Both the position numbers and the translations under genes were made by a program. From positions 32,001 through 96,000 of the IMG/VR virus record IMGVR_UViG_3300006143_000333: a stretch of 64,000 bases of DNA. The stretch is one strand, 5' to 3'. Shown piece after piece: positions 31,287 to 41,548 of this stretch; the stretch's first letter is position 1, and each line of letters starts with the position of its first letter. Below the pieces are notes generated by a model, which did not search any database, was not told where the DNA came from, and saw only the letters and a program-made list of their open reading frames with translations. Source of the stretch: a virus (taxonomy: Duplodnaviria; Caudoviricetes).

Positions 31287-32444
31287 ATGGCAGATAGAGC
31301 ATTGGCACATATTGAAAAAATTGAGTGGGTAAGACCGATTGATGGAGCAGATAATATTGAACTTATTGGAGTCCTTGGATGGGTTTGTATCGCAAAGAAA
31401 GAAGAGTTTAAGCCAGGAGATTTAGCCGTGTACATTGAAATTGATAGTAAATGTCCTGAATCTGATGAAAGATTTGCTTTCTTAGCAACAAAGCATTATA
31501 AGGTAAAAACAATGAAGCTAGGGAAATTTAAGGTTATTAGTCAGGGACTTGCACTCCCGATTTCATTATTTCCAGAGTTGAGTGATAAAGCTATTGGATC
31601 GGACGTGACTGAAAGTCTTAAAATTACTTATTCTTGTGAAGAAGATATTAAGAGAAAGTCCAATAATATAGATTCTAATGCTAAATATAAGTCTATGGCT
31701 CGGAGACATAAGAAATTCTTCAGCAGACCGCTTGTTCGTAAGATTATGAGATATAAGTTTGGCAGGAAAATTATGTTCCTGTTCTTTGGTAGGAAGAAGG
31801 ATAATCCAAAAGAGTTTCCTAAGTGGATTGTTAAGACGGACGAGACACGAATTGAGAACGCACCGTTTTATCTTGAAAGTACCGATAAATGGATTAAGAC
31901 AGAGAAGTTGGACGGAACAAGCTGCACATTTGCTGTAGACAGAATTAAGAAGAATAAGTTTGAGTTTATTGTTTGTAGTAGAAATGTGAGACAGGCAGAT
32001 AGAAATCAGGAAACTTACCATGAGTCAAATGTCTATTGGGAGCTGGCAGATAAATATGGCATTGAAACAATTTTAGCTAAGTTTGCTACAGAGAATGGAT
32101 ATAATAGAGTGGTTCTCCAGGGAGAGGGTGTCGGATCAGTTCAAGGTAATCCATACAAAATGAAAGAGAATAAGTTGTTTGTATTCAATCTGATTGTTGA
32201 TGGTGTACGCCTTGGAACTGTAGATATGGCTAAGTTCTGTGAACAGAATGGTTTAAAGAATGTACCAATTATTGATACAGAATATGTTCTGCCTAAGACT
32301 ATGGAAGAAATGAAGCTGGAAGCTGACGGATATAGTGAAATCAATCCAAAGGTAAAAAGAGAAGGATTTGTGTATAGAAGTGTTGATGGACAGCAGAGCT
32401 TTAAAAACGTATCAAGAGAATATTTGCTGAAGCATAATGGGTAA
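31287..32444 (+). CDS. ATP-dependent RNA ligase (Rnl2/DRB0094-like)
   Basis: PIDGADNIE, KTDETRI, TEKLDGTS, QGE, REGFV, SFK. Confidence 0.88.
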   Translation: MADRALAHIEKIEWVRPIDGADNIELIGVLGWVCIAKKEEFKPGDLAVYIEIDSKCPESDERFAFLATKHYKVKTMKLGKFKVISQGLALPISLFPELSDKAIGSDVTESLKITYSCEEDIKRKSNNIDSNAKYKSMARRHKKFFSRPLVRKIMRYKFGRKIMFLFFGRKKDNPKEFPKWIVKTDETRIENAPFYLESTDKWIKTEKLDGTSCTFAVDRIKKNKFEFIVCSRNVRQADRNQETYHESNVYWELADKYGIETILAKFATENGYNRVVLQGEGVGSVQGNPYKMKENKLFVFNLIVDGVRLGTVDMAKFCEQNGLKNVPIIDTEYVLPKTMEEMKLEADGYSEINPKVKREGFVYRSVDGQQSFKNVSREYLLKHNG

Positions 32445-32795
32445 TAGGCAATAAATTCGAGATTTTAACTGAGGAGATGATGAATGATTATAGGAAAATT
32501 TATAGGTACAAATTCTTGCGGTTTTAAAAAAGGAGGTACATATATGATAAAAATATCAATAAAGAGATTTCAAGGAAAGTATTGTATATTCTTACGGGAT
32601 CTTAAAAGCAATGCAGAATGTCCATATTCAAGTTTAGATAGTTTGTTACGAAATTGGATGATAATAGGAGAATGATTTGAACCCAGATGTAGAAGATATA
32701 TTCTGAGATGAAAGGTCAATGTATTAGGACTTATTATTTTTAACATTCTTTTGTTATAGATGTTATAAAACAGATATAAAATATAAGGAGGACAA

Positions 32796-35402
32796 ATGAA
32801 AGGATTAACAAACAATGAAGTATTAAAAAGTAGAGAAAAATATGGTAGTAATAAGCTGCCAGAACCAGAGTTGAAAAGTTGGTACGATTTTGCAAAAGAT
32901 GCTTTGAGCGAAAAAATCACACTCATTCTTATTGCGATTGCAATTATTCAATTATTTCTTGCATTTATGGGTGTAATGGAATTTTCAGAACCAATTATGA
33001 TTATGGTGGTTCTTGGTATTGTAACTGGAATTGCTGTAAAAACAGGATTGGGTGTACAGAAATCGGCCGCAGAATTAAGAGCAAAAACATCAATTCGATA
33101 TTGTGATGTTATTCGTGATGGAAAAGTAGAAACAATTAATAAGGATGATATTGTAGTTGGTGATTTGGTTTGTCTAGGAATGGGGCAAGAGATATTCGCT
33201 GATGGTTATATTGTAGAAGGAAAGATTTCTGTAAATAACGCTGCAATAAATGGAGAAAGCAAAGAATGTAAAAAGTACCCAGTGGAGGGATATATTCATA
33301 AAAAAACAACATCTACAGATGCATATACAAATGAAAACTGTCTATTTGCAGGAACTACAGTAATGGCCGGTGAGGGGAAGATGGTTGTAACAGATGTTGG
33401 AATTAATACCATTAATGGAGACACAATGGTTAAAATGCAGACATTGGAATCACCTAAGACAGCATTAGATATTGCACTTGATAATTTGAGTGAATTTATC
33501 TCAAAATGGGGAACAATCGCATCAATTTTAACATTTGTTATCCTTACTGTATCAGGAATTGTAGAAGTTGGATTTAGCGAATATTTTGCAGATAGTCCAT
33601 TTAATATTATTCAAAAATTTGCACAAAATTTTTCGGTAGCATTAACAATCATTGTAGCTGCAGTTCCAGAAGGACTTCCATTAATTGTAAAACTTGTAAC
33701 TAAACAAAATGTTAAAACAATGGAACAATTTAATATTTTGGCAAAAAATCCAAATAAAATTCCAGAATTAGCCTATGTAGATATTATTTGCACTGACAAA
33801 ACAGGGACCTTAACAACAGGAGTTATGAGTCCAAAAACAATTGTAAGTGGAGAAGGGAAGGAAGTTGATCGAAATTCTCCTCTTTGGAGCGAAATTGAAA
33901 AGAATATTATATTAAACAATAGTGCAACGTTTGACAACAAAAATAATATTACAGGCGGCAATTCAATTGATAGAGCTATACTTTCTCTTGTGAAAAATGA
34001 AGAGTATTTATCTGTTTTGAACAATAATAATATGAAGGACAAGCAGGTATTTAACAGTTCTAATAAGTATTCAGCTTTTACTTCTGAAAATGGGACTACA
34101 TATTACAAAGGGGCTCCTGAAAAATTGATTGATTCTTGCACAAGAGTTATGAAAAATGATGGATCGATATGTGATTTAACGTCCACAATGAAGAAGAGTA
34201 TAGATGAGACTATTAGAACAATGACATCGAAGTCAATTAGGTGTATTGCTTTAGCCATGAAAAACGAAGATTTAATTGAAAATATACTGCCGTCAAAAAT
34301 GACATTACTTGGAATTATTGGTGTAGTTGATCCTGTAAGAGTAGAAGTACCAAATGCCGTAAAAGTTGCGCATAAAGCGGGTATTCAGGTAATTGAAGTT
34401 ACTGGAGATTGTATCGAAACAGCTATTTCAGTAGCAAGAGAATGTGGAATTTTTGAAGAAGGCGATGTGGCTTTAACAAATAATGAATTTGAAACAATGA
34501 CAGATGAAGAAGTAAAGGATATAATACCTTCCCTAAGAGTGATTTCAAGATGTTCTCCAAATACAAAACTTAGGCTTGTAACATTAGCGCAGGAAATCGG
34601 TAAGTCTGTAGCAATGACAGGAGATGGTGTAAATGATTCTCCGGCATTAAAGAGATCAGACGTTGGATTCGGAATGCAGAGTGGAAGTGATGTAGCGAAA
34701 GAAGCAAGTGACATTGTATTGACTGATGATAACTTTGCTTCAACAGTAAAAGCAGCAGAGCTTGGTAGGACGTTTATGCATAACATCATGATGTTCCTAG
34801 AATTTCAATTACCAATTAATATTTCACTTTTGATTTTAAGCATTGTATACCCGATGTTGTCTGCGGGAGCGTCTATATTAGCATCAGTTCAGATTTTAAT
34901 TGTAAACATTATTATGGATTCTCTTAATTCACTTTCTTTTGGTGGAGAACCTCCAAAAGAAGAATATATGAGTGAGAAACCTATTAAAAAAGGATCAGGT
35001 TTGTTTATTAGAGGGGCAAAAGAAAGAATTGCAATAAGTACGTGTTCTTTTATCGCTGTTTACGGGATACTTACAATTTCTCCAATTAAATGCATATTTA
35101 CATCGGAATTGGAAAGCTTGACGGCCAGATTTGCTCTCTTATGTTTCATGGCAGTATTTAATGGTTTCAATATTAGAACAGAACATATGAATTTGCTTAG
35201 TGGATTGAGCAGCAATAAATTATTTACAAAAATTGCTTTGGGAATTTTTATAGGAACGATGGCAGTTTGTACGTTTATGGGAAATCTTGTTAAGGTTAGT
35301 TCATTAAATATCGTTCAATGGATGGTCATAATTGGACTAGGATTTATTGTGATTCCAATTGATATATTAAGAAAATATATTACAAAAAGAAAAAAGAATT
35401 AA
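32796..35402 (+). CDS. P-type ATPase, Ca2+-translocating (P2) type
   Basis: AVPEGLPL, DKTGTLT, KGAPE, TGD, MTGDGVNDSPALK; multiple TM segments. Confidence 0.92.
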   Translation: MKGLTNNEVLKSREKYGSNKLPEPELKSWYDFAKDALSEKITLILIAIAIIQLFLAFMGVMEFSEPIMIMVVLGIVTGIAVKTGLGVQKSAAELRAKTSIRYCDVIRDGKVETINKDDIVVGDLVCLGMGQEIFADGYIVEGKISVNNAAINGESKECKKYPVEGYIHKKTTSTDAYTNENCLFAGTTVMAGEGKMVVTDVGINTINGDTMVKMQTLESPKTALDIALDNLSEFISKWGTIASILTFVILTVSGIVEVGFSEYFADSPFNIIQKFAQNFSVALTIIVAAVPEGLPLIVKLVTKQNVKTMEQFNILAKNPNKIPELAYVDIICTDKTGTLTTGVMSPKTIVSGEGKEVDRNSPLWSEIEKNIILNNSATFDNKNNITGGNSIDRAILSLVKNEEYLSVLNNNNMKDKQVFNSSNKYSAFTSENGTTYYKGAPEKLIDSCTRVMKNDGSICDLTSTMKKSIDETIRTMTSKSIRCIALAMKNEDLIENILPSKMTLLGIIGVVDPVRVEVPNAVKVAHKAGIQVIEVTGDCIETAISVARECGIFEEGDVALTNNEFETMTDEEVKDIIPSLRVISRCSPNTKLRLVTLAQEIGKSVAMTGDGVNDSPALKRSDVGFGMQSGSDVAKEASDIVLTDDNFASTVKAAELGRTFMHNIMMFLEFQLPINISLLILSIVYPMLSAGASILASVQILIVNIIMDSLNSLSFGGEPPKEEYMSEKPIKKGSGLFIRGAKERIAISTCSFIAVYGILTISPIKCIFTSELESLTARFALLCFMAVFNGFNIRTEHMNLLSGLSSNKLFTKIALGIFIGTMAVCTFMGNLVKVSSLNIVQWMVIIGLGFIVIPIDILRKYITKRKKN

Positions 35403-35414
35403 AGGAGGAAACAA

Positions 35415-36179
35415 ATGGGATTATTTGAAAAATTGTTTGGTAGAAAGGATTCTCAGATGGTGGTGCATGATAGTACCGCCACACCAGTAGCATTACAGAA
35501 TTTAGAAAATGTAACAATTGATATGTCAAAGTCGGCCAAAAGCCTAAACAAGGTTCTAATTGATATGTCGAAAACAAGTAAGATTGATATGTCAAAGCAT
35601 ACTGCAAGAGTTGCATTGGCTATGGATTATTCAGGAAGTATGAGTGAGCTGTTTAATAATGGTTCTGTCCAGGATACAATTACAAGGCTTTTACCAATAG
35701 CATTGAAGTTTGATGACAATGGTGAATTAGAATCTTGGTTATTTTCAAATAGTATGAAGCGCCTTGAAGCAGTTGATATTAATAATTATAAGAATTATGT
35801 AAGAAAAGTGATGATGAGATCAGGTATGAGTATGGGAGGGACCAGTTATGCACCAGTTTTAAAAGATATTGTCTCATATTATAAGGATATTGAACCAAGT
35901 GAAATCCCAGCTTTTATTATCTTTATAACAGATGGAGAAAATTGGGATACCGAAGAGACAAACAGAATTATTAGAGAATTATCTAATTACAATATGTTTG
36001 TTCAGTTTATTGGTATTGGAAATGAAAGTTTTGATTATTTACGTTCTTTAGATGATATGAAAAGACGCAAGTATGATAATACAGGATTTACAGCAGTAAA
36101 AGATATGAATAGGATGAGTGATGAAGAGCTATATAGTGAAATTTTAAGACAATATAAAGATTGGTTAAACAGTAAATAA
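35415..36179 (+). CDS. vWA domain protein (TerF-associated type)
   Basis: MIDAS DYSGSM, GGTSYAP, FITDGE. Confidence 0.85.
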   Translation: MGLFEKLFGRKDSQMVVHDSTATPVALQNLENVTIDMSKSAKSLNKVLIDMSKTSKIDMSKHTARVALAMDYSGSMSELFNNGSVQDTITRLLPIALKFDDNGELESWLFSNSMKRLEAVDINNYKNYVRKVMMRSGMSMGGTSYAPVLKDIVSYYKDIEPSEIPAFIIFITDGENWDTEETNRIIRELSNYNMFVQFIGIGNESFDYLRSLDDMKRRKYDNTGFTAVKDMNRMSDEELYSEILRQYKDWLNSK

Positions 36180-36200
36180 TTGAAAATGGAGGGTTAAATA

Positions 36201-36839
36201 ATGGCAGTAATTAATATGAGTAAGAATCAAAAGATTAGTATGGCAAAAGAAGATGGAAGTGCAATTAAAAATATCTTTATTGGAGTTAATTGGGATGAGA
36301 ATCGTTTTGCAGGAGAGTCAGATATTGATTTTGATATCCATGGGATGTTAACTAATTCGGATAGAAAAGTGGCTTATCCTAAAGATATTGTAAATTATAA
36401 TACTTATGGAAATGGTACTGATTATCCATGGATTGAGTTTTCAGGAGATAATCGAACAGGTGACGATTCACAGGGAATTAATTTTAATGGTAAACATTAT
36501 GATGAATTTTTTATTATTCATGCAGACAAGTTTCCTAAAGAAAGAACAAATTTTACAGTGTGCTTAACTATTTTTAGAGCAATACAGAGATTGCAAAATT
36601 TTGGGATGGTGAGCAATGCCAAAATGATAATTTGTGATTACGATAATCCTAAAGGATTTGCTGCAGAGTATGATTTGTCTGAAGAAGAAAAATTTACAGA
36701 TTTGAATGCAGTAGAAATGGGGCGTTTATACCGTTATGGTGATGGATTTAAGTTTCAGGCTATAGGTTCAGGTTACGTGGGAGGTACGACAGAACTTTTT
36801 AAGAATTTTGGCCTGGATATTGATGAAGGAAGGGATTAA
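36201..36839 (+). CDS. TerD family protein
   Basis: GVNWD, SGDNRTGD, QNFGMVSNA, GRLYR..FKFQAIGSG. Confidence 0.85.
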   Translation: MAVINMSKNQKISMAKEDGSAIKNIFIGVNWDENRFAGESDIDFDIHGMLTNSDRKVAYPKDIVNYNTYGNGTDYPWIEFSGDNRTGDDSQGINFNGKHYDEFFIIHADKFPKERTNFTVCLTIFRAIQRLQNFGMVSNAKMIICDYDNPKGFAAEYDLSEEEKFTDLNAVEMGRLYRYGDGFKFQAIGSGYVGGTTELFKNFGLDIDEGRD

Positions 36840-36840
36840 T

Positions 36841-37578
36841 ATGATAAATTTACTAATTATTTCAATTTTTGTTTGTATTGTTGGAGGAATACTACTTTTT
36901 TCTAAAGTGGGTAAAAGAATAAGGTTAAGGGCTTCTGGAACTGCAGATGAATTGATTTCAAGGGACGCTTCTACTCCGGAAGGGTCCAAAGCATATTATA
37001 ATACCGCCATAACAGCGAAAGAAAATGATTATCAAAAAGCTTATTCTATCTACACACAAATGCTAGGGAAAATTCAAACCTATGAAGAGCAATTAAGAAG
37101 TTTACAGAAAGAGAATATGCAGTTAAATCTCAATATCAATACCTGTGTTGATAAGAATGATGACGAAGGTGCAAAGGTTTATTTAAAACGACAACAGGAA
37201 GTAAATGAAAAAGTAGATATTATTAAAAATGTTTTAAAAGAACTTAAGTCTAATTCTGTCCTGCAAAAAGAGACTGTAGATAATATTTTTGCTGAGTTAG
37301 GAGATTTGAAATCAGAAAAAGAAAATGCAATCCTAACACTTGAAACAGCACAGGTCACTAAGTCATTACAAGCAACACCTGGTATTTCGTCCAAAGAAGA
37401 AGATAAAATGTTAGAAAAAGTAAGAGATGGAATCCGTAAAACCAAAGAAGAAGCTGATGGGAATAAAGTTGCTTATGAGAATTCTTCAACTGTTCAGCAA
37501 ATGCGTCTTGATAAACGTATGAAAGATGAGGAAGTGGATCAAAAGTTACAGGAATTAAAAGCAAATAGAAAGAAATGA
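36841..37578 (+). CDS. Membrane-anchored coiled-coil protein (PspA/IM30-like)
   Basis: N-terminal TM, long heptad region, ends DEEVDQKLQELKA. Confidence 0.55.
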   Translation: MINLLIISIFVCIVGGILLFSKVGKRIRLRASGTADELISRDASTPEGSKAYYNTAITAKENDYQKAYSIYTQMLGKIQTYEEQLRSLQKENMQLNLNINTCVDKNDDEGAKVYLKRQQEVNEKVDIIKNVLKELKSNSVLQKETVDNIFAELGDLKSEKENAILTLETAQVTKSLQATPGISSKEEDKMLEKVRDGIRKTKEEADGNKVAYENSSTVQQMRLDKRMKDEEVDQKLQELKANRKK

Positions 37579-37932
37579 TTTTGAATTTTATTGTGTGCAG
37601 TATTTTATGACTACACACAATATATTCTTAGAAAAATATTAAATGATTTGGAACCTGTAAATAATCGAAAGTTTATAAAAGGAGACCAAAGATGAAAAAG
37701 ATTAAACTTTCCCCAGCACCACATACAGTGATGATACTTCATGTGTCGGATCAGATGGAAAAAGATATGGAAGAATGTCATGCGAAAGCTTTGCATAAGG
37801 GGCAAGATTGTGACAAGTGCAGTTGGAAAGATGTGGAGCCGTATGGGGTAGATATGTGTGGTATTGGCGAAGTGGTAAATAAAGTGCTGTTTGATGTTGG
37901 CGATCCATTAGATTAAAAGTTAGTGGCAAGGA

Positions 37933-38658
37933 GTGAAATTAAATATGTATTATGATGATTATTATGACGAGGACTACGAGCCTACGCCGGAAGAAATGGA
38001 GGAACAGGACGGAATGGATAATACGGAAGTAAAGATGGAGAGAGAAAATCTGAAAATAGAATTCAACACGGAAAATTTTGCGGCTGGAATTATGCAGGTC
38101 GTAGCATCAGAGGTCAAGAAGAATCTATATAGCGAAATCGTGAGTGAGATCAAGAGAGAGGTCCTGGAGGATATTCAGAAGAAGATTCAGTGTGCAACCG
38201 GCGATATCATTAAGGATATTGTACAGGATTTCATGGTTAATGAGAAAATTTGCATTGGTGGTTCCAATGTCTGGGATGATGAACCGAAAGAAGAGCTTAC
38301 ATTGTTCCAGTATGCGAAGCGATGCGTAAAGGATTGTATTGAAAACAATAGATTCCGGATCGTTAAGAACTTTGAGAAGGACAGGTACAATAAGGGGCGG
38401 TACAGAGCGGAAACGAAGGAATATACATTTGAAGAGTATCTTCTGCAGCACCTTGGAATTGATGATGAGGTGAAAAGCTATCTGGATAAGCAGGTGGATG
38501 AAGTTCGCCAGCAGGTAAATCGTGATGTGAAGGCGGCATTTGATGAAAGCACGAAGGCGATGCTGTCCAATGCGGTATTGCAGGTTCTTATGGCAAATGA
38601 TACTTATAAAAAGATTGAAGGAAATATTGCCTGCATAGCAGACAGGCCGCAGGAGTAA
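37933..38658 (+). CDS. Hypothetical protein in higher-GC patch
   Basis: ORF track; visibly G/C-ending codons. Confidence 0.65.
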   Translation: MKLNMYYDDYYDEDYEPTPEEMEEQDGMDNTEVKMERENLKIEFNTENFAAGIMQVVASEVKKNLYSEIVSEIKREVLEDIQKKIQCATGDIIKDIVQDFMVNEKICIGGSNVWDDEPKEELTLFQYAKRCVKDCIENNRFRIVKNFEKDRYNKGRYRAETKEYTFEEYLLQHLGIDDEVKSYLDKQVDEVRQQVNRDVKAAFDESTKAMLSNAVLQVLMANDTYKKIEGNIACIADRPQE

Positions 38659-38695
38659 AGAGAGAGTATGGGGGTGAGTAAGGGGAAATTCCCTC

Positions 38696-38854
38696 TCACT
38701 CTCCACCAGGACCATCACGACGTGGCACTTCATCTGGAATTATATTTTCGGCATCGGTTGTCTTTGGAAGATCAACCTCTGGAATATTGTCATCGTCATA
38801 ATCGTCATTGGAGTAAGGATTTATTGTTGGTAAATTTGTTTTACTACTTTTCAT
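38696..38854 (-). CDS. 52-aa acidic protein
   Basis: MKSSKTNLP...PDEVPRRDGPGGE behind AAAGGAGTG SD. Confidence 0.6.
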   Translation of the reverse strand: MKSSKTNLPTINPYSNDDYDDDNIPEVDLPKTTDAENIIPDEVPRRDGPGGE

Positions 38855-38944
38855 GCGTACACACTCCTTTCATAGGTAGTGTTTGTATAAGTGAAAAAAA
38901 TATGTATAGATATTAAAGGAAATTTTAAGTAGGAGGTGAAAAAC

Positions 38945-39070
38945 ATAGATAATCGTTGGAAAGTACAAATAGCTGCGTGGATCACGACTGCGATAGGAGT
39001 TATTGCAGGAGTATATTTTACGAAGTCACCTACATGCTTGTGGGCATTTTTATTACCGTTATGGTGTTGA
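38945..39070 (+). CDS. 41-aa membrane peptide, ATA start
   Basis: AGGAGGTG-6nt-ATA; DNRWKVQIAAWITTAIGVIAGVYFTKSPTCLWAFLLPLWC. Confidence 0.55.
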   Translation: MDNRWKVQIAAWITTAIGVIAGVYFTKSPTCLWAFLLPLWC

Positions 39071-39083
39071 AGGAGCTGAGACT

Positions 39084-39380
39084 ATGAAATTGATGGAAGA
39101 AAAAATACAAGATGTGTTAATCGAAATATTAAAAGAGTTTGGCATTCCTGAAAATTTTTATTCTCTTGGAGGATATGCAGAAGAAACAGTTTGTCTTGAA
39201 AAGAAAGGGGACACTTGGATTGTATATGGTGGTGAAAGAGGGCAAAAGCATAATGTAATAACACATATAAATTGTAAAAGTGCTTGTCTTGATCTTTTAA
39301 GCAGACTTGCAGAAACAAGAGTTGAAGAGGAAAGGATGAAGATCTTTTTCGAAATAAAATGCAAAAAGATAGAAGAATAA
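39084..39380 (+). CDS. Immunity-protein-like ORF
   Basis: YSLGGYAEETVCL..WIVYGGERGQK..AC pattern resembles polymorphic-toxin immunity proteins. Confidence 0.4.
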   Translation: MKLMEEKIQDVLIEILKEFGIPENFYSLGGYAEETVCLEKKGDTWIVYGGERGQKHNVITHINCKSACLDLLSRLAETRVEEERMKIFFEIKCKKIEE

Positions 39381-39652
39381 ATATAGATGAAAAATCTGTT
39401 TCATCGCAGGAGGTGATTTAGAGTGTATGTTACAAACCTTTGAAGAAATGTGTGATAGCGAAGAGATTTGTAGTTATTGCTCTCATACAGAATATGGAGA
39501 ATATAAGTCTGGTGTTACACCAAATGGATATTGGAGTTGTGAGGGTAGTTGGTGTAAAGACGCATATGAAGATTATTTAGATGAGAATGGAACAACAGAT
39601 AATATTGTAAAATATGCAAGTGTTGTTAAATTGGTAAACAGGGAGGAATTTA

Positions 39653-40255
39653 ATGGGAACACCACTTAAATTTGAGTTTGATTTTGATGAAGTATTTGAA
39701 GGAATCAAACAGGGTGTAATAAGAGAATTGTCAGAAACAAATTTTGATGAAGCCAAAGAATCAGCTATAAATCAGATTAAAAGTGAAGTAAAAGAAAAGC
39801 TGGCTCTTACATATAGTGATGAATATGCTTTAAAGGATGAAATTAAAAAGGAAATAAAAGAGAGAGTATTTGATAAACTTATTAAAGATATTGATGACAA
39901 ATATTTAGAACAGTTTGAAGGTTACATAGAGTCACAGTTGACAAAGAATCCTGACAGATTGGAGCAGTTAAAAAGAGAAATTAAAGATGGGTTGACTGAA
40001 AATCTATATGATGATTTATATCATTCTATTAAAGAAGAAGTGATTGGACAAGTTAGAGAAACGACTACTCAGTTATGTAATTTGATTGGTGGTAACAGTG
40101 TTAAAGCAGAGGGTTCTGATAGAACAATTTCTAAAAAGGAATATGAAGAGTTGATGGATAGAAATAGAAAACTCAGTGCTTTAGAGGCTGGCGGTGTAGA
40201 TAACTGGGAATGGTATAGTGAGTCTTTAAGTCAGTATTATGATGAAGAAGAATAA
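39653..40255 (+). CDS. Coiled-coil phage protein
   Basis: C-terminal LEAGGVDNWEWY motif common in phage ORFs. Confidence 0.65.
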   Translation: MGTPLKFEFDFDEVFEGIKQGVIRELSETNFDEAKESAINQIKSEVKEKLALTYSDEYALKDEIKKEIKERVFDKLIKDIDDKYLEQFEGYIESQLTKNPDRLEQLKREIKDGLTENLYDDLYHSIKEEVIGQVRETTTQLCNLIGGNSVKAEGSDRTISKKEYEELMDRNRKLSALEAGGVDNWEWYSESLSQYYDEEE

Positions 40256-40331
40256 ATAAAAGAAAAATAGTACAGAAAGGAACAAAGGTGCTGCAGCCGT
40301 GAGATGATCATACCTTTCTGGGTAAAGAAAA

Positions 40332-41219
40332 ATATTTGAGAATAATAATTATGAATTATGGCAAGGTGATTGTTTGGAATTGATGAATGATATTCCTGAT
40401 AAAACTATAGACGCAATAATAACGGATCTTCCTTTTGGGCAGACTGCTAGGAATGTTTGGGATATAGTAATTCCATTTAATGACTATATAAACTTAGAAG
40501 TCAGAAGGAAGCCAAAAATATTTTATAAAGATGATTTTCTTTTATGGTGTTATAAACAAGGAGAGACAGATTATAACGGAGCAGTTACATATTTTGAAGA
40601 AAATAAATCTATAGGATTGTGGACTCAGTATAAAAGAATTATCAAAGATAATGGTGCAATTATTTTATTTGCAAATGGTATGTTTACTGCCGATCTTATG
40701 GAAAGCAATAGAGAGATGTGGAGGTACAATCTTGTCTGGGAGAAAACTCAACCTACAGGGTTTCAAAATGCTAATAGGATGCCAATGAGAAATCATGAGG
40801 ATATGTGTGTATTCTATAAGAAACAACCAACATATAATCCTCAAAAAACAAGTGGTCATATCAGAAAAGTTAGTACAGCTTCACACAAAAGAAATAGTAA
40901 GCAATCAACAAACTACAACGAAATCAAAAATCATACATATGACAGTACAGAAAGATTTCCTAAGTCAGTTTGGCTATTCGCCAAAGATACCCAAAAGTGT
41001 GCATTAACTCCAACTCAAAAGCCAGTAGCATTAGTAGAAGAAATTATTAAAACTTATACTAATGAAGGTGATACTGTGTTTGATTCGACTGCTGGTAGTA
41101 TGACAACTGGAGTAGCTGCTATTCGGACAGGTAGGAAGTGTATTTGTATTGAGAATAACGAAGAGATATTTAATATCGGTAAAAATAGAATTACGGAATG
41201 TGTGAAAGAGAATAAATAA
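40332..41219 (+). CDS. N4/N6 DNA methyltransferase
   Basis: QGDCLELM (in frame back to ATA 40332), TDLPFG, PTQKPVAL, FDSTAGSMTT. Confidence 0.85.
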   Translation: MFENNNYELWQGDCLELMNDIPDKTIDAIITDLPFGQTARNVWDIVIPFNDYINLEVRRKPKIFYKDDFLLWCYKQGETDYNGAVTYFEENKSIGLWTQYKRIIKDNGAIILFANGMFTADLMESNREMWRYNLVWEKTQPTGFQNANRMPMRNHEDMCVFYKKQPTYNPQKTSGHIRKVSTASHKRNSKQSTNYNEIKNHTYDSTERFPKSVWLFAKDTQKCALTPTQKPVALVEEIIKTYTNEGDTVFDSTAGSMTTGVAAIRTGRKCICIENNEEIFNIGKNRITECVKENK

Positions 41220-41383
41220 AAGTATTCCGAAATGTTTTTTTAAGGACTATTGGATAGAGGTATTTCTAATGCCTTATGTATACGAGTTTGTCTATATAGA
41301 ATGGGTGTGATATCCAATAGAAAGCCAATTTTATTGCAAGAAAATAAGGCAATCCGATGACTGCCTTACCCTCTTAATGAACA

Positions 41384-41548
41384 CTACTTCTTATGTTTCT
41401 TCTTTTTGGACTTTGTGTTAATCTCAAAATCTTTGTATTTAATATGTAAGTTCCTGAGAACAAAGCCACTTACCAACACCAAGATTGATAGTGCCAAAAT
41501 GACACAAGTAGGTGTCTGAAAAAGTTGAATGATAGATGAGATATTCAT
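41384..41548 (-). CDS. 54-aa single-TM peptide with basic tail
   Basis: AAGGAGG SD; own TTTACT-17-TATAAT promoter and downstream hairpin TAAGGCA/TGCCTTA. Confidence 0.7.
   Translation of the reverse strand: MNISSIIQLFQTPTCVILALSILVLVSGFVLRNLHIKYKDFEINTKSKKKKHKK

Noticed and set aside
38125-38733. Long minus-strand ORF and the many other antisense ORFs in the track
   Set aside because: Shadows of plus-strand genes, with no SD or motifs
27268-38930. Further junction-site candidates at 27268, 32709, 37914 and 38911 (also 469, 3442, 11913, 54367)
   Set aside because: Too degenerate to count, though positioned like true sites
40332-41219. Inactive MTase because of DLPF motif
   Set aside because: DLPY/F variants are common in phage beta-class MTases; not evidence of inactivity
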